DNA of 64,000 nucleotides from Candidatus Babeliales bacterium. Its GTDB lineage: Bacteria > Babelota > Babeliae > Babelales > JANWKD01. Position numbers and translations under genes: made by a program. The stretch covers positions 288,001 through 352,000 of the forward strand of contig OY969622.1 of the NCBI GenBank assembly GCA_963701665.1, written 5' to 3'. Of the stretch, positions 41,261 to 50,561 are shown piece by piece (positions within the stretch are counted from its first letter, which is position 1; each line of letters starts with the position of its first letter). The notes below the pieces were generated by a model that worked only from the letters and a program-made list of their open reading frames with translations, was not told the DNA's origin and ran no database searches.

Positions 41261-42700
41261 ATGAAAAAGATTATTTTTTTGAGTATATGCTTAGTAAGTG
41301 GCACAGTTCTAAAAGCTGATGTGCGACAGGACTTGTCTATATTAGCAATGAGTTTGAATACTTTGGCAGAAACATTGAAGGTGCAGCCTGTTATAAAGCC
41401 TATAATTCCCCCTCAACAACCACCGCAAAAACCACCATTGCAAAATGTGCCAATAATTACTGCTCCAAACCCTCCTGGCCAAGTATCAAGTAAGCAATTG
41501 GCGGTCTTGTTGCCTGATGCGCAAAGGACATTTATGGAATTAGCAACTGATATGAACCAATTTATTAGAATTTTAGGTAGTTTCGTTCAATTTACAAAAG
41601 GTCGGGTGAATCCTATTGCAGAATCTGCTCAACTTAACGATTTAGCTGTGTTGCTTAGTCAAAGATTTATGGGCGACAAAATTTATACGTTAAAAAACTG
41701 GATAGACAAAATTAATCAATTAAGATCACAAGTATCACCTGAAGATGCAAAAATTGTTTTTGCATTTTTAGCGGATATTCTGGATCAAATTGATAACTTT
41801 ATGCGTTATCTAAATGAAGTTTATGATAAATATAAGGCTGAATGGGAACGAGTCACTTTTGTATATAAATATCCTTTCGAAGGGTATGCGCAGAAAGCCC
41901 CTGCAAGTTATCATTTTTATAATACAATTATTCAGGTTGGAGCAATAACCAGATTAGAGAATGTTGTTAAGGATCTTAAACAGATGTTGCCATATTGGGA
42001 AAAGCGAGCTGAAACTAAAAAGCAAGGTGGTGCGCAAATAGCACAGGGAAAATTTACTCCGATAATACCGCCTCCTGCTGAAATTCAAGTAGTACCTTCA
42101 ATTGCTAATTTCGAGGATATTAATTTGGCGTCAATTGGACTTCCTCTGGATCAAGCTGCGGGCGACTTTGAAGGTTATATGCATGCTGTGATTGAAAAAG
42201 TGGAGGAATTTCTGAAGAAAGTTGTGTCATCAGATAAAGATTTACGCATATTTAATGAACTTGTTGCTTTAATTAAAAAATTCCAAGATGTTTCTAAAAG
42301 ATTGAACGATGAATTAATTGATTTTAATAAACAGTCAAATCAGTTTACTCAAGAGGATGCCAAGATTGTTGTTAAATTCTTAAAAGGTATACAGACAAAT
42401 ATGAATAATTTTAATCAATGGATTACAGCAGCTGACCAAAGAAATTTTTCTAATTTACAAAACATTAGGTTTATATATAAAAGTCTTGTGATGACACCAA
42501 ATGCTCCAGCTGGTGATAAATTTATAGAATTTGTTGTAACACCTATTAGTCAAATAATGCAAAGAGGTACTGAGCCTAATTTGGCAAATGTGTTAAATGA
42601 TTCTATCTTGGATTGGGAGGAGAAAGTTAATCCTTCTACTTCGCCAATAGGTGGAAAAGGTCCAGGGTATGAAAAGGTGGAATCTTGGATTAACACATAA
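41261..42700 (+). CDS. Secreted helical hypothetical protein (tandem paralog 2)
   Basis: AAGGAG RBS before ATG 41261; shares PLQNVPIITAPN...KQLAVLLPD.QRTF.ELATDMN...QMLPYW with 39764..41164. Confidence 0.8.
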   Translation: MKKIIFLSICLVSGTVLKADVRQDLSILAMSLNTLAETLKVQPVIKPIIPPQQPPQKPPLQNVPIITAPNPPGQVSSKQLAVLLPDAQRTFMELATDMNQFIRILGSFVQFTKGRVNPIAESAQLNDLAVLLSQRFMGDKIYTLKNWIDKINQLRSQVSPEDAKIVFAFLADILDQIDNFMRYLNEVYDKYKAEWERVTFVYKYPFEGYAQKAPASYHFYNTIIQVGAITRLENVVKDLKQMLPYWEKRAETKKQGGAQIAQGKFTPIIPPPAEIQVVPSIANFEDINLASIGLPLDQAAGDFEGYMHAVIEKVEEFLKKVVSSDKDLRIFNELVALIKKFQDVSKRLNDELIDFNKQSNQFTQEDAKIVVKFLKGIQTNMNNFNQWITAADQRNFSNLQNIRFIYKSLVMTPNAPAGDKFIEFVVTPISQIMQRGTEPNLANVLNDSILDWEEKVNPSTSPIGGKGPGYEKVESWINT

Positions 42701-42736
42701 TTTGCCTACGTTTTTTGCTGTTTAATCTTGATGGTT

Positions 42737-42772
42737 AAAGAGGAGCGCTGTTAAGCGCTCCTCTTACTTTTT
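42737..42772. terminator. Terminator between convergent genes
   Basis: aagaggagcgct-gtta-agcgctcctctt. Confidence 0.8.
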
Positions 42773-43274
42773 ATTCCTCTTCTTCACACTCTTCATCATC
42801 ACATTCTTCTTCTTGATCGATTGTAATGATATTCATGAGTGCCAATGCTGTCATAACCGGACGGAAATGATCAATATGTTCACGCGTAATATCCAGTTCA
42901 TCAGTCATTGATTCTTCAAATTCTACGTATTCATCAAAACGCTCATGAGCATTATGCAACCAATCCGATGTTTTAATCAACTCGCGCAATGCGTGTTCTA
43001 ATGATTTGGTAGTTGCTTGAAAATAGTTATGACGCTCGTCATCGCCATAGCAATCAGTCAGTTGCGCGCGGGCAATTGCTAACTGCGCAACTAGTGACGC
43101 GCGTTTTGAGTGATCAAAATTAGAAAGTAAAGCACAATTATTGATTATTGCATCAAGAGCTTCGAGAAGCCCATCAAAGGCATCATCATCCTGCCAGACT
43201 ACTTCCCAATCAATGGTGACCATTTGATCTTTGTAATCATTAATAGTGGAAAAAAGTTCTTCTTTATAATCCAT
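42771..43274 (-). CDS. Acidic hypothetical protein
   Basis: 167-aa ORF, strongly Asp/Glu-rich. Confidence 0.7.
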   Translation of the reverse strand: MDYKEELFSTINDYKDQMVTIDWEVVWQDDDAFDGLLEALDAIINNCALLSNFDHSKRASLVAQLAIARAQLTDCYGDDERHNYFQATTKSLEHALRELIKTSDWLHNAHERFDEYVEFEESMTDELDITREHIDHFRPVMTALALMNIITIDQEEECDDEECEEEE

Positions 43275-43442
43275 GCCAGGGCCTTTCTTCTTGATAAATG
43301 ATAAAAGTATGCTGTTAATAATATCATACTATTGTCAATCAGACAATTTCTATTTGTATAGCAGGGCAATCCTTGCCGAAAGGGAAGCTTTTCTGTTAAC
43401 CTTTAATAGGACTTAGTGATTAGCAGAAAAAATAGGTGTTTT

Positions 43443-44633
43443 ATGACTTTTTATAAGAGAAATTTAGAAAAAAAGCTTAAAGAATTCAGGAAATTTCCAG
43501 TTATTGCCCTTTTGGGGCCCCGGCAATCTGGTAAGACTACCTTGGTACGGCATACCTTTAAAAACTATGTTTTTTTGAATTTGGATGATCTTGAAATTTT
43601 GAATCTTATTAAAAGCGACCCTAAAGGACTTTTAAGAAAATACGAAAATGAGCATGGTATTATTCTTGATGAGTTTCAAAATTTTCCTGAATTATTATCA
43701 TATATAAAGGTTATTGTTGATGAAAAAAATAGGCCAGGTTATTTTGTTTTGACTGGTTCTCAAAATTTTTTAATGAATGAGGCTATTACGGAGTCATTAG
43801 CAGGGCGGGTTGGTATACTGACGTTACTACCGTTTTCGTTAGATGAGTTAACTAAAAATAAACTGATTGATGATAAACATCCAGAAAAAACACTCTTTCG
43901 TGGTAGTTATCCACGTGTTTATATTGATACCTTTACGCCGTTAGAAGTGTACCCTTCGTATATTCAAACATACTTAGAACGCGATGTGCGCCAACTTGTC
44001 AATGTAACAAATCTAGGTACGTTCCAAAAGTTCATTAAGTTATGTGCTGCTCGTATAGGTCAACTGCTTAATTATACTGATTTGGCAACGAATTGTGGCA
44101 TTAGTGTGTCCACCGTGCATCAATGGCTTGCGGTTCTTGAAGCAAGTTATATTGTTTTTTTGTTACGTCCTCATTGGCAAAATTTTAATAAGCGTATAAC
44201 AAAAACACCTAAACTATATTTTTACGATACTGGCATTGCTTGCTCATTATTAGAGATTACCTCTGAAAAAAGCTTGGCATTAAATCCTTTCTACGGAAAT
44301 CTTTTTGAAAATTATATCATTGCTGATTTTTACAAACAATTTTTTAATGAAGGGTTGCAAGCACCATGCTATTTTTGGCGCGATAAAAATGGCGATGTTG
44401 AAGTTGATTGTTTGATTAACAAAGATGCACACTTAATTCCCATTGAAATCAAATCAGGGGAAACATTTATGCAGAATTATTTTAATGCACTTAAAAAATG
44501 GAGCTCTTTTGCGCAACAGCCAGAAAAAAATAATTATGTTGTGTATGGCGGCACTAAGTCATTTTCAGGAGAACAAGGAAATTTGGTGCCTTGGTATGAT
44601 TCAGGTGAACTTATAAAAAAGATCAAAGAATAA
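43443..44633 (+). CDS. AAA+ ATPase with DUF4143 domain (AAA_14 family)
   Basis: GPRQSGKTT, ILDEFQ, LTGSQN, ESLAGR, TYLERDVR, KTPKLYFYDTG, EVD...PIEIKSG. Confidence 0.9.
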   Translation: MTFYKRNLEKKLKEFRKFPVIALLGPRQSGKTTLVRHTFKNYVFLNLDDLEILNLIKSDPKGLLRKYENEHGIILDEFQNFPELLSYIKVIVDEKNRPGYFVLTGSQNFLMNEAITESLAGRVGILTLLPFSLDELTKNKLIDDKHPEKTLFRGSYPRVYIDTFTPLEVYPSYIQTYLERDVRQLVNVTNLGTFQKFIKLCAARIGQLLNYTDLATNCGISVSTVHQWLAVLEASYIVFLLRPHWQNFNKRITKTPKLYFYDTGIACSLLEITSEKSLALNPFYGNLFENYIIADFYKQFFNEGLQAPCYFWRDKNGDVEVDCLINKDAHLIPIEIKSGETFMQNYFNALKKWSSFAQQPEKNNYVVYGGTKSFSGEQGNLVPWYDSGELIKKIKE

Positions 44634-44674
44634 TTTTTTGTGGATCTAGTATTCTGAAAGCTAAGTAAGTCTTT

Positions 44675-45421
44675 TCAACGTGCTCGTGCATGCACGATGC
44701 AAGAAGGTCCGCTGCTACGCAACCAAAGATCTTTATGGAAATAAACAACGTCAAAGCCTGCTTTTTCAAGAAGGTCTTTAAGTTCGTCATCACTATACCA
44801 GACAAGCTGTAAAAGCTCATTTTCTTGTTCTTGCACGATGCCATTGACTAAAAGTTCATAAAAACAAAGTGCATCAGCTTGTTTTCGTTCAAGATTAAAA
44901 ACATAACGAGTGGTTAAACGAATTTTTTTGCTTTCATCAAGAGTTACTAATCGAACGTATGATTCTTCATTAATTTCAGGAACAAAAATATCAAGTAAAA
45001 GATCTCCATGCTGGTGCATGTGCAAGTGAAGTTTTTGTAATGCTTGTAATGCTACGTCTTTATTGGTGATGAGCTGAAATGAAGCAACGGCAATAGTCAC
45101 CGTAGTATATTTGTGTGGCACATTGAGATTTTCAAGTGATTGTTCATAGAGATTTGCTGCAATATGTGCTTGTGCACATCGTTGTCGACACCGTTCGAGC
45201 ATACTTGGAGAATTATCTACACCATCAACATAGTATCCACGCTGCACGAGTGGGATTAATAGTCGGCCAGAACCACACATCGCTTCTAAAATTCTGCTTT
45301 CGTCTTTTTTCATGAATGAGCTGTAGAAATCAAGTTCACGTTCGGTTGCAAATTTTTTGGTAGCATCATAAAACATGCTACATAATTTGCCGTAAGCAGT
45401 GACTTGTGATGTTTTGTTCAT
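44675..45421 (-). CDS. Class I SAM-dependent methyltransferase
   Basis: ILEAMCGSGRL, VDGVDNSPSML. Confidence 0.88.
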   Translation of the reverse strand: MNKTSQVTAYGKLCSMFYDATKKFATERELDFYSSFMKKDESRILEAMCGSGRLLIPLVQRGYYVDGVDNSPSMLERCRQRCAQAHIAANLYEQSLENLNVPHKYTTVTIAVASFQLITNKDVALQALQKLHLHMHQHGDLLLDIFVPEINEESYVRLVTLDESKKIRLTTRYVFNLERKQADALCFYELLVNGIVQEQENELLQLVWYSDDELKDLLEKAGFDVVYFHKDLWLRSSGPSCIVHARAR

Positions 45422-45486
45422 AAGTATTTAATTTCCGCACATGAATTCATTATGAAACTGGCATTAACAAAAAAGGCAGATAATTT

Positions 45487-45639
45487 TTATTTTCTATGAG
45501 CACCCATGTGCCGTGCTCTAATACTTGCTTCTGCTTTTTCGCGTGTGCTTGAATGTGCAATCACTTTCCATTTTCCACGTTCATGTTTCAGGATTGGCCA
45601 TCCTTTAGTTTTTGTTTTTCTGCCAACTTTATAGGGCAT
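45487..45639 (-). CDS. 50-aa basic small protein (not in ORF track)
   Basis: AAGGAG RBS; MPYKVGRKTKTKGWPILKHERGKWKVIAHSSTREKAEASIRARHMGAHRK. Confidence 0.7.
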   Translation of the reverse strand: MPYKVGRKTKTKGWPILKHERGKWKVIAHSSTREKAEASIRARHMGAHRK

Positions 45640-45715
45640 AGTAACTCCTTTTACTATAAAAAGAGTTTACAAATTTTATCAAAATTCATTCAAGAGAACT
45701 AAGGTTTTCTCGTTG

Positions 45716-45958
45716 ATGCGGATTCGATATAAATTGTGCAATCAGCAAGAATGTCTTCCCGAGGCTTTAGCCGTGGGGATCCAGAACTTTAATAAATTCC
45801 TTAAAGGATTAATTTTATAATTGGATTCTACTTCGTTAAAACTTCGTAGAACAGGTTGCCAGCTCCTTCGAAGCTCGTAGAGCGAAGTAGGATCGCAATG
45901 ACAATTTTGTTTTCAATGTTGCCTTTGCGTAGCCAAATTCAATGTATCGAATTTGCAT
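45716..45958 (-). repeat. Nested palindromic element, copy D (reverse orientation)
   Basis: Outer atgcggattcgat / atcgaatttgcat; inner tgtcttcccgagg(45752)...cgcaatgaca(45903); same two mini-hairpins as copy C. Confidence 0.85.
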
Positions 45959-46527
45959 TATTCATCTTTATATCTGCACGATTGGCAGGTGATGAATTCC
46001 CATGCAATTTTTTTCAATTCACGTAATTCCGGTGCCGTAGACCAATAGTCGGGATCTGCGTGTAATTGAGTTTCGAGAAAGTTAATCAAAGGGGATACTT
46101 TATTGCCTATTTCTCGATTTTTTATGCGGTATGCTTTGTAGGCAATGGTAAGGGGTGTTTCATGATGATCATTAACATCGTTAACTTCAAGACCATTCTC
46201 ATATACTAAGGTGCGTAAAAGTGGTTTGTATCTTTCAATAAGATTATCAAAACTGGAAGCATGTTTTTGAGCTACTAAGTTTTCCACTATGCAATGAATA
46301 AGACCGTTATGAGGTCCATAATGATAGGATCTTAATGTTTTTGCTGGAAGCTTATCTAATTCTCTTTTGATTGATTTAGGATGGAAAATATGGTGTTGAA
46401 TGAAATCTTCGAGTGCCACATCAGATGGTAATGATTCGGATGGTTCTGCTATTTGTACTTGTTCCTGTTCCATGCATTGCGATGTTATAACTATAAAGCT
46501 TGCCAAAATTGATGTAATGATTTTCAC
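45958..46527 (-). CDS. Secreted hypothetical protein with ankyrin-like segment
   Basis: GTG start after AAGGAA; signal peptide SQC-MEQ; GLEVNDVNDHHETPLTIA. Confidence 0.65.
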   Translation of the reverse strand: MKIITSILASFIVITSQCMEQEQVQIAEPSESLPSDVALEDFIQHHIFHPKSIKRELDKLPAKTLRSYHYGPHNGLIHCIVENLVAQKHASSFDNLIERYKPLLRTLVYENGLEVNDVNDHHETPLTIAYKAYRIKNREIGNKVSPLINFLETQLHADPDYWSTAPELRELKKIAWEFITCQSCRYKDE

Positions 46528-46536
46528 GTTGTTCCT

Positions 46537-46920
46537 TTATCTACCTCTTTGTAGTGCAGCTGCGTAATTGAATTGGTAAAAATAATCTTGCCAAAATTTA
46601 TCCGTTGAAGAATATACATTATCATACATGAAGTAGTCAATGAGGCATTCGCGAACAAGAAGGAGCTCTTTTAATGTGCCATTTTTATGTTTCGGATCTG
46701 CAATAGTAAAATCTAAAAGTTCTATTGCTCTTTCAAATGCATCATGACTATATTCTAAGTTCCCTTTGTTTCTCCATTGAATGGTACGATCAACATCGCA
46801 TCCAACATTTGCTAATTGTTCCAAAACAGAAAATTTGAACCAACGGCCTTCGGCAAGTGTTGAATGTATGATTTTTTTCTTTTTTAAATCTTCGATAGTT
46901 TTTTCTCTTGTTATACGCAT
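46537..46920 (-). CDS. Conserved hypothetical protein
   Basis: HSTLAEGRWFKFSVLEQLANVG.DV.R...W...AFERAIELLDFTI.D.K pattern recognised from environmental bacteria; start uncertain (46920-47001). Confidence 0.7.
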   Translation of the reverse strand: MRITREKTIEDLKKKKIIHSTLAEGRWFKFSVLEQLANVGCDVDRTIQWRNKGNLEYSHDAFERAIELLDFTIADPKHKNGTLKELLLVRECLIDYFMYDNVYSSTDKFWQDYFYQFNYAAALQRGR

Positions 46921-47020
46921 GTGTTCTTGAGTATACATGATGTCCAATGAATCCGAGCAGATTGCTATAAAATTGCAAAAATATATAGCATAGTATAACA
47001 AAAATATGTCGAAAGCATAA

Positions 47021-47062
47021 AAAAAAGAGCTTTCAAAAAGTGACTTTTGAAAGCTCTTTTTT
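47021..47062. terminator. Terminator hairpin (T-run on both strands)
   Basis: aaaaaagagctttcaaaa...ttttgaaagctctttttt. Confidence 0.8.
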
Positions 47063-47079
47063 AATACAGTTTTTTTAGC

Positions 47080-47463
47080 TTATTTTACAAACCAAAAAAC
47101 GAGTGCGTAAGCTATGAAGCGAGCAATGTGATAACCAGCGTCGATTAATAACACTTTAGTATCACGGCCTGAGAATTGGTAGTTGATGCATAATGAAAGT
47201 GCAACTAACACACCAACAAGCGCGCCTACAAAGATGTTCTGTTCTAATGAAGCTGAGTTCATTACTAATTTTTGGAATCCGATAGCAGCAAGAAGTGAAC
47301 ATATAAAGGAGATAACGTACGGCGTAAAACCGGCGTTTTTCATCTGTGTTTCGGATACGCCTGCAGCTTGTGCCCAGATTTTTCCAAATAGTACTGAGTA
47401 CCAAAGTGCGCCTAAAGCGAAGCTTGAAACAGTAGCGATTGCAACTGGTAATAAATTAAACAT
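47080..47463 (-). CDS. DUF1761 family membrane protein
   Basis: FALGALWYSVLFGKIW, LLIDAGYH. Confidence 0.85.
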   Translation of the reverse strand: MFNLLPVAIATVSSFALGALWYSVLFGKIWAQAAGVSETQMKNAGFTPYVISFICSLLAAIGFQKLVMNSASLEQNIFVGALVGVLVALSLCINYQFSGRDTKVLLIDAGYHIARFIAYALVFWFVK

Positions 47464-47698
47464 TAAAACCTCATTTGTTAATAGGTTAATATATATAAAC
47501 CAAGAATTATACTACTATGCAATATAATTCCTCTTTATAAGTTTATAGAAATTTATAAGTTTGTCCATACCAAATATTGTTTCAGATAGGATTATATGAG
47601 AAAATTTAACCTATTTTACCCTGTAATTTTCAGCGTACAAATTTTTAGGGTATAATGGTATAAAAATACCTCTATAAGCCCTTTTTTGGCAGCCCCCC

Positions 47699-48760
47699 TT
47701 GAAACCTCAAAACACTCTATTTCTTACCCCTCCCTTACTCTCCCCTGATCATATACGGGAGAAAATTGCCTGTATTCGTGCCCACCGTGAGCGGATTTTC
47801 AGGGTTGGCATTGAGGTATTGAAAGAAAAACTCATAGTCCATAATTATGGCCATGGCGGTGCCGGGTGGACGTTCCTTTTTGGGTGCGTTAATGAGGCTG
47901 TGCGCCAGTTCCAAAAGCAGGTGCCACAAAACCCTAAATGTGCGCCAAAAATCAAGGTGATCGGCGCAGGTTGTTATGGCCTGTTGACTGCCATAACGCT
48001 GTTCAAAAAAGGGTATGATGTTTCCTTAGTGGCGCACGCGCTAGAAGAACTTCCCTCAGGCAAAGCCGCGGGCTTCTTTTTCCCGAGGGCACGCAAATGC
48101 TCAACGCCTCAAGAACGAGCTGAGTTTTTTGCGCGAGCGCGCGAATCATATCAACAATACCTCAACATTATCGAGGGCAGTCATCCGTTTTTGAAACGAG
48201 GGCCGAAGTTGGTGCCCGCATATTTTGGCCCGGATATTGATCCTGGTTTTGCTCCGTTCATTGAAGAAGGGCTTATTGAAAAACCTGAACGAGTGAGCAT
48301 TTCATTCGGTGGCAGCAAAATATATGATGTGCTGGCGTATAACATTGTTTTTATTAATCCACCGGTATTAATGCAAGAATTATGGTGTGTTTTTAACGAG
48401 TGCGCTATACCAATCGAGCGTCGAGAAATTCGCTCGTTTGACGAGATTCAAGAATCGATCATTTTCAATTGCGCGGGCATGGGGGCCAAAAAGCTTGCCA
48501 ACGATATGCGCATGGTTCCTGTGCAAGGGCATTTAATTACGCTAAAAAATCAACCAGATGTTACCGCATTACAATATCTTCTTAATGTGAAAGTTGTCAT
48601 GCACGATGAACATGGCAGAGTGCGTGATGAGCTTGTTTATTTTGCGCCGAATGGCGAGGGGATTCTGGGTATTACTTTTTTGCGAGGGCAATCTGAAGCG
48701 AGTGCCAACCAGCATGAATTCGAGCGACTTTTAAAGCGTAGTCGTGATTTTTTTGGGTAA
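47699..48760 (+). CDS. D-amino acid oxidase-like flavoprotein, circularly permuted
   Basis: IRAHR and IVHNYGHGGAGWT precede the Rossmann VIGAGCYGLLTA; SGKAAG, IFNCAGMGAK, PVQGHL. Confidence 0.8.
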   Translation: MKPQNTLFLTPPLLSPDHIREKIACIRAHRERIFRVGIEVLKEKLIVHNYGHGGAGWTFLFGCVNEAVRQFQKQVPQNPKCAPKIKVIGAGCYGLLTAITLFKKGYDVSLVAHALEELPSGKAAGFFFPRARKCSTPQERAEFFARARESYQQYLNIIEGSHPFLKRGPKLVPAYFGPDIDPGFAPFIEEGLIEKPERVSISFGGSKIYDVLAYNIVFINPPVLMQELWCVFNECAIPIERREIRSFDEIQESIIFNCAGMGAKKLANDMRMVPVQGHLITLKNQPDVTALQYLLNVKVVMHDEHGRVRDELVYFAPNGEGILGITFLRGQSEASANQHEFERLLKRSRDFFG

Positions 48761-48822
48761 TGACAAGCATGTTCTTGCAAAAAACGAGTGCAGTTCAGTA
48801 CAGTTACGAAAGAAAGGATTGT

Positions 48823-49248
48823 ATGAGTGCACTTATTGTTCGAGATGATGTTGTTATTCCTGAAGCAGAATTAGAAATTACGGCAAGTACTGCTGGTGGT
48901 CCCGGCGGCCAACATGTCAATAAAACTGCTTCACGCATTACCATTCGCTGGAATGTCAAAAATTCTGCAGCGCTGACTGATGAGCAAAAACAGCGCGTCA
49001 TGGATAATCTTGCATCGCGGTTAACAACAGAAGGAGATTTTATGGTGCACAACAGTGAATCACGTAGTCAACAACACAACAAAAAAAATGCGCTCAATCA
49101 ACTTGCTCATGAAATTCGCAAAGCACTGCATGTACCAAAGAAACGTATGAAAACAAAAATTTCTGAAGGTGCCAAAGAAGTGAGGCGCAAGCAAAAATCA
49201 CATCGCTCTGAAATCAAAAAAATGAGAAGCAAAAAAATCGACTACTAG
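48823..49248 (+). CDS. arfB: Alternative ribosome-rescue factor B (peptidyl-tRNA hydrolase)
   Basis: GGPGGQHVNKT, RSQQHNK, basic C-terminal tail. Confidence 0.92.
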   Translation: MSALIVRDDVVIPEAELEITASTAGGPGGQHVNKTASRITIRWNVKNSAALTDEQKQRVMDNLASRLTTEGDFMVHNSESRSQQHNKKNALNQLAHEIRKALHVPKKRMKTKISEGAKEVRRKQKSHRSEIKKMRSKKIDY

Positions 49249-49383
49249 AGGTTAATATCAACTCGTGACATTTTGTCACGAGTTCGATCTTTTTTTATTA
49301 ATCAAAATCTTACGTACTATGTATTATTTGTACGTTGTTACATTGTGCAGCAGAAATAATATTGGAAACAAAATTGTCATTGC

Positions 49384-50561
49384 TGTATGTGTTCAGAGTT
49401 TCGGTGAATAATTTTTGGCACAAAGAGACAAGCAGAGTTAAATTGAAAATTTTTTAATTCCCTTAAACGGGTGTGCTCGATTCCTTCAACAAAGCTGATG
49501 GAATTTTACCATCCAAACCTTGATGGGGCCGATGTTCATTATGATAGAAATTATAGCCAAGAACAGCATCTTTTAGTTCATCAATTGTGTTAAATATAGA
49601 TCCTTCAATAACTTCATCATCAAAAGAACGCCAAAATCTCTCAATTTTTCCATTTGTTTGAGGCTTATAAGGGAGGGTTCTTCGGTGCTTAATAGCAAAA
49701 TGAAGTAGCAATCTTTCAAAAGGATGATTTTTTAATCTTTCTGGACCTGAACAAAATTCAGCACCATTATCAGTTAAAGCTTCATCAAATGTGATACCGT
49801 ATCGTTGGTTCATATGCAAAATGATATCCATCATAGCAAAAGTCACATCTATTGCTTTGAGAGATTCAATTACTTCAACCCAAACTATTCTAGAGAAGTC
49901 ATCAATAACTCCCAGCACAAAATATTTCTTTTTAGGTTCAGATTGCACAATTTCTTTAGGTAAGTAATGGCAATCTATATGGGCTAATGACCCTGCGAAT
50001 GTTCTCACGATCTTTCTTTTTTCCTCTTGTACTCGTTTAGTTAACTTAGAAACGCCATATTTTCGTAATGTTCGATATACTGAACTTGCAGAACAACCCT
50101 TTTTAATCAAGGGATTTTTTTTGAGGGCTGCGGCAATAACATACCTATTTAAACCTGATTTCCGATACTCTAAAATTTGTTTTACAAGACTATCATCTGC
50201 AAGCGGCATTTCTTCAAACTTAGGCTTGGGACCGCGTCTTATAGGCAACAAAAGTTCGGGAATTTCCTGAGCAGCTTTGTAGCGTCTGTAAAGCTTATAA
50301 AAATTCTGAAAACAGAGTTCTCTGGCTTCAAAAAATTCTCGAACACGCTTAAATTGAGGGTGTTTTTTTGACTTAACAAGTTCGTATTCTTCCACATATT
50401 TTAGCATATATTTAATTGAATTGCTTGCTAAAGTACGATACGATGTATTTATACCCATAAAAGGAACTCCTGTTAAAATTGTTAATATTTGCATATTTAA
50501 TTCTAACTCTGATTTCCCTTTGTGGGTATCTTTTTATTCACCGAAATTATGAACTTCTACA
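49384..50561 (-). mobile_element. IS481-family insertion sequence (1178 bp)
   Basis: TGT...ACA termini; 28-bp IRs tgtatgtgttcagagtttcggtgaataa / tgtagaagttcataatttcggtgaataa (23/28); flanking direct repeat ATTGC. Confidence 0.9.
49463..50458 (-). CDS. DDE (rve) transposase, IS481 family
   Basis: HIDC, VIDDFSR, LTDNGAEF, YKPQTNGKIERFWR, HNEHRPHQGL; single ORF; GGAG RBS before Met at 50458. Confidence 0.92.
   Translation of the reverse strand: MGINTSYRTLASNSIKYMLKYVEEYELVKSKKHPQFKRVREFFEARELCFQNFYKLYRRYKAAQEIPELLLPIRRGPKPKFEEMPLADDSLVKQILEYRKSGLNRYVIAAALKKNPLIKKGCSASSVYRTLRKYGVSKLTKRVQEEKRKIVRTFAGSLAHIDCHYLPKEIVQSEPKKKYFVLGVIDDFSRIVWVEVIESLKAIDVTFAMMDIILHMNQRYGITFDEALTDNGAEFCSGPERLKNHPFERLLLHFAIKHRRTLPYKPQTNGKIERFWRSFDDEVIEGSIFNTIDELKDAVLGYNFYHNEHRPHQGLDGKIPSALLKESSTPV

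Noticed and set aside
43443..45421. AAA/DUF4143 ATPase plus methyltransferase as a restriction-modification or defence pair
   Set aside because: The genes are convergent, and the methyltransferase is a small-molecule class I type lacking DNA-MTase motifs.
36401..45965. Target-site duplications at the outer ends of repeat copies B-D
   Set aside because: Flanks were inspected and no convincing direct repeats were found.
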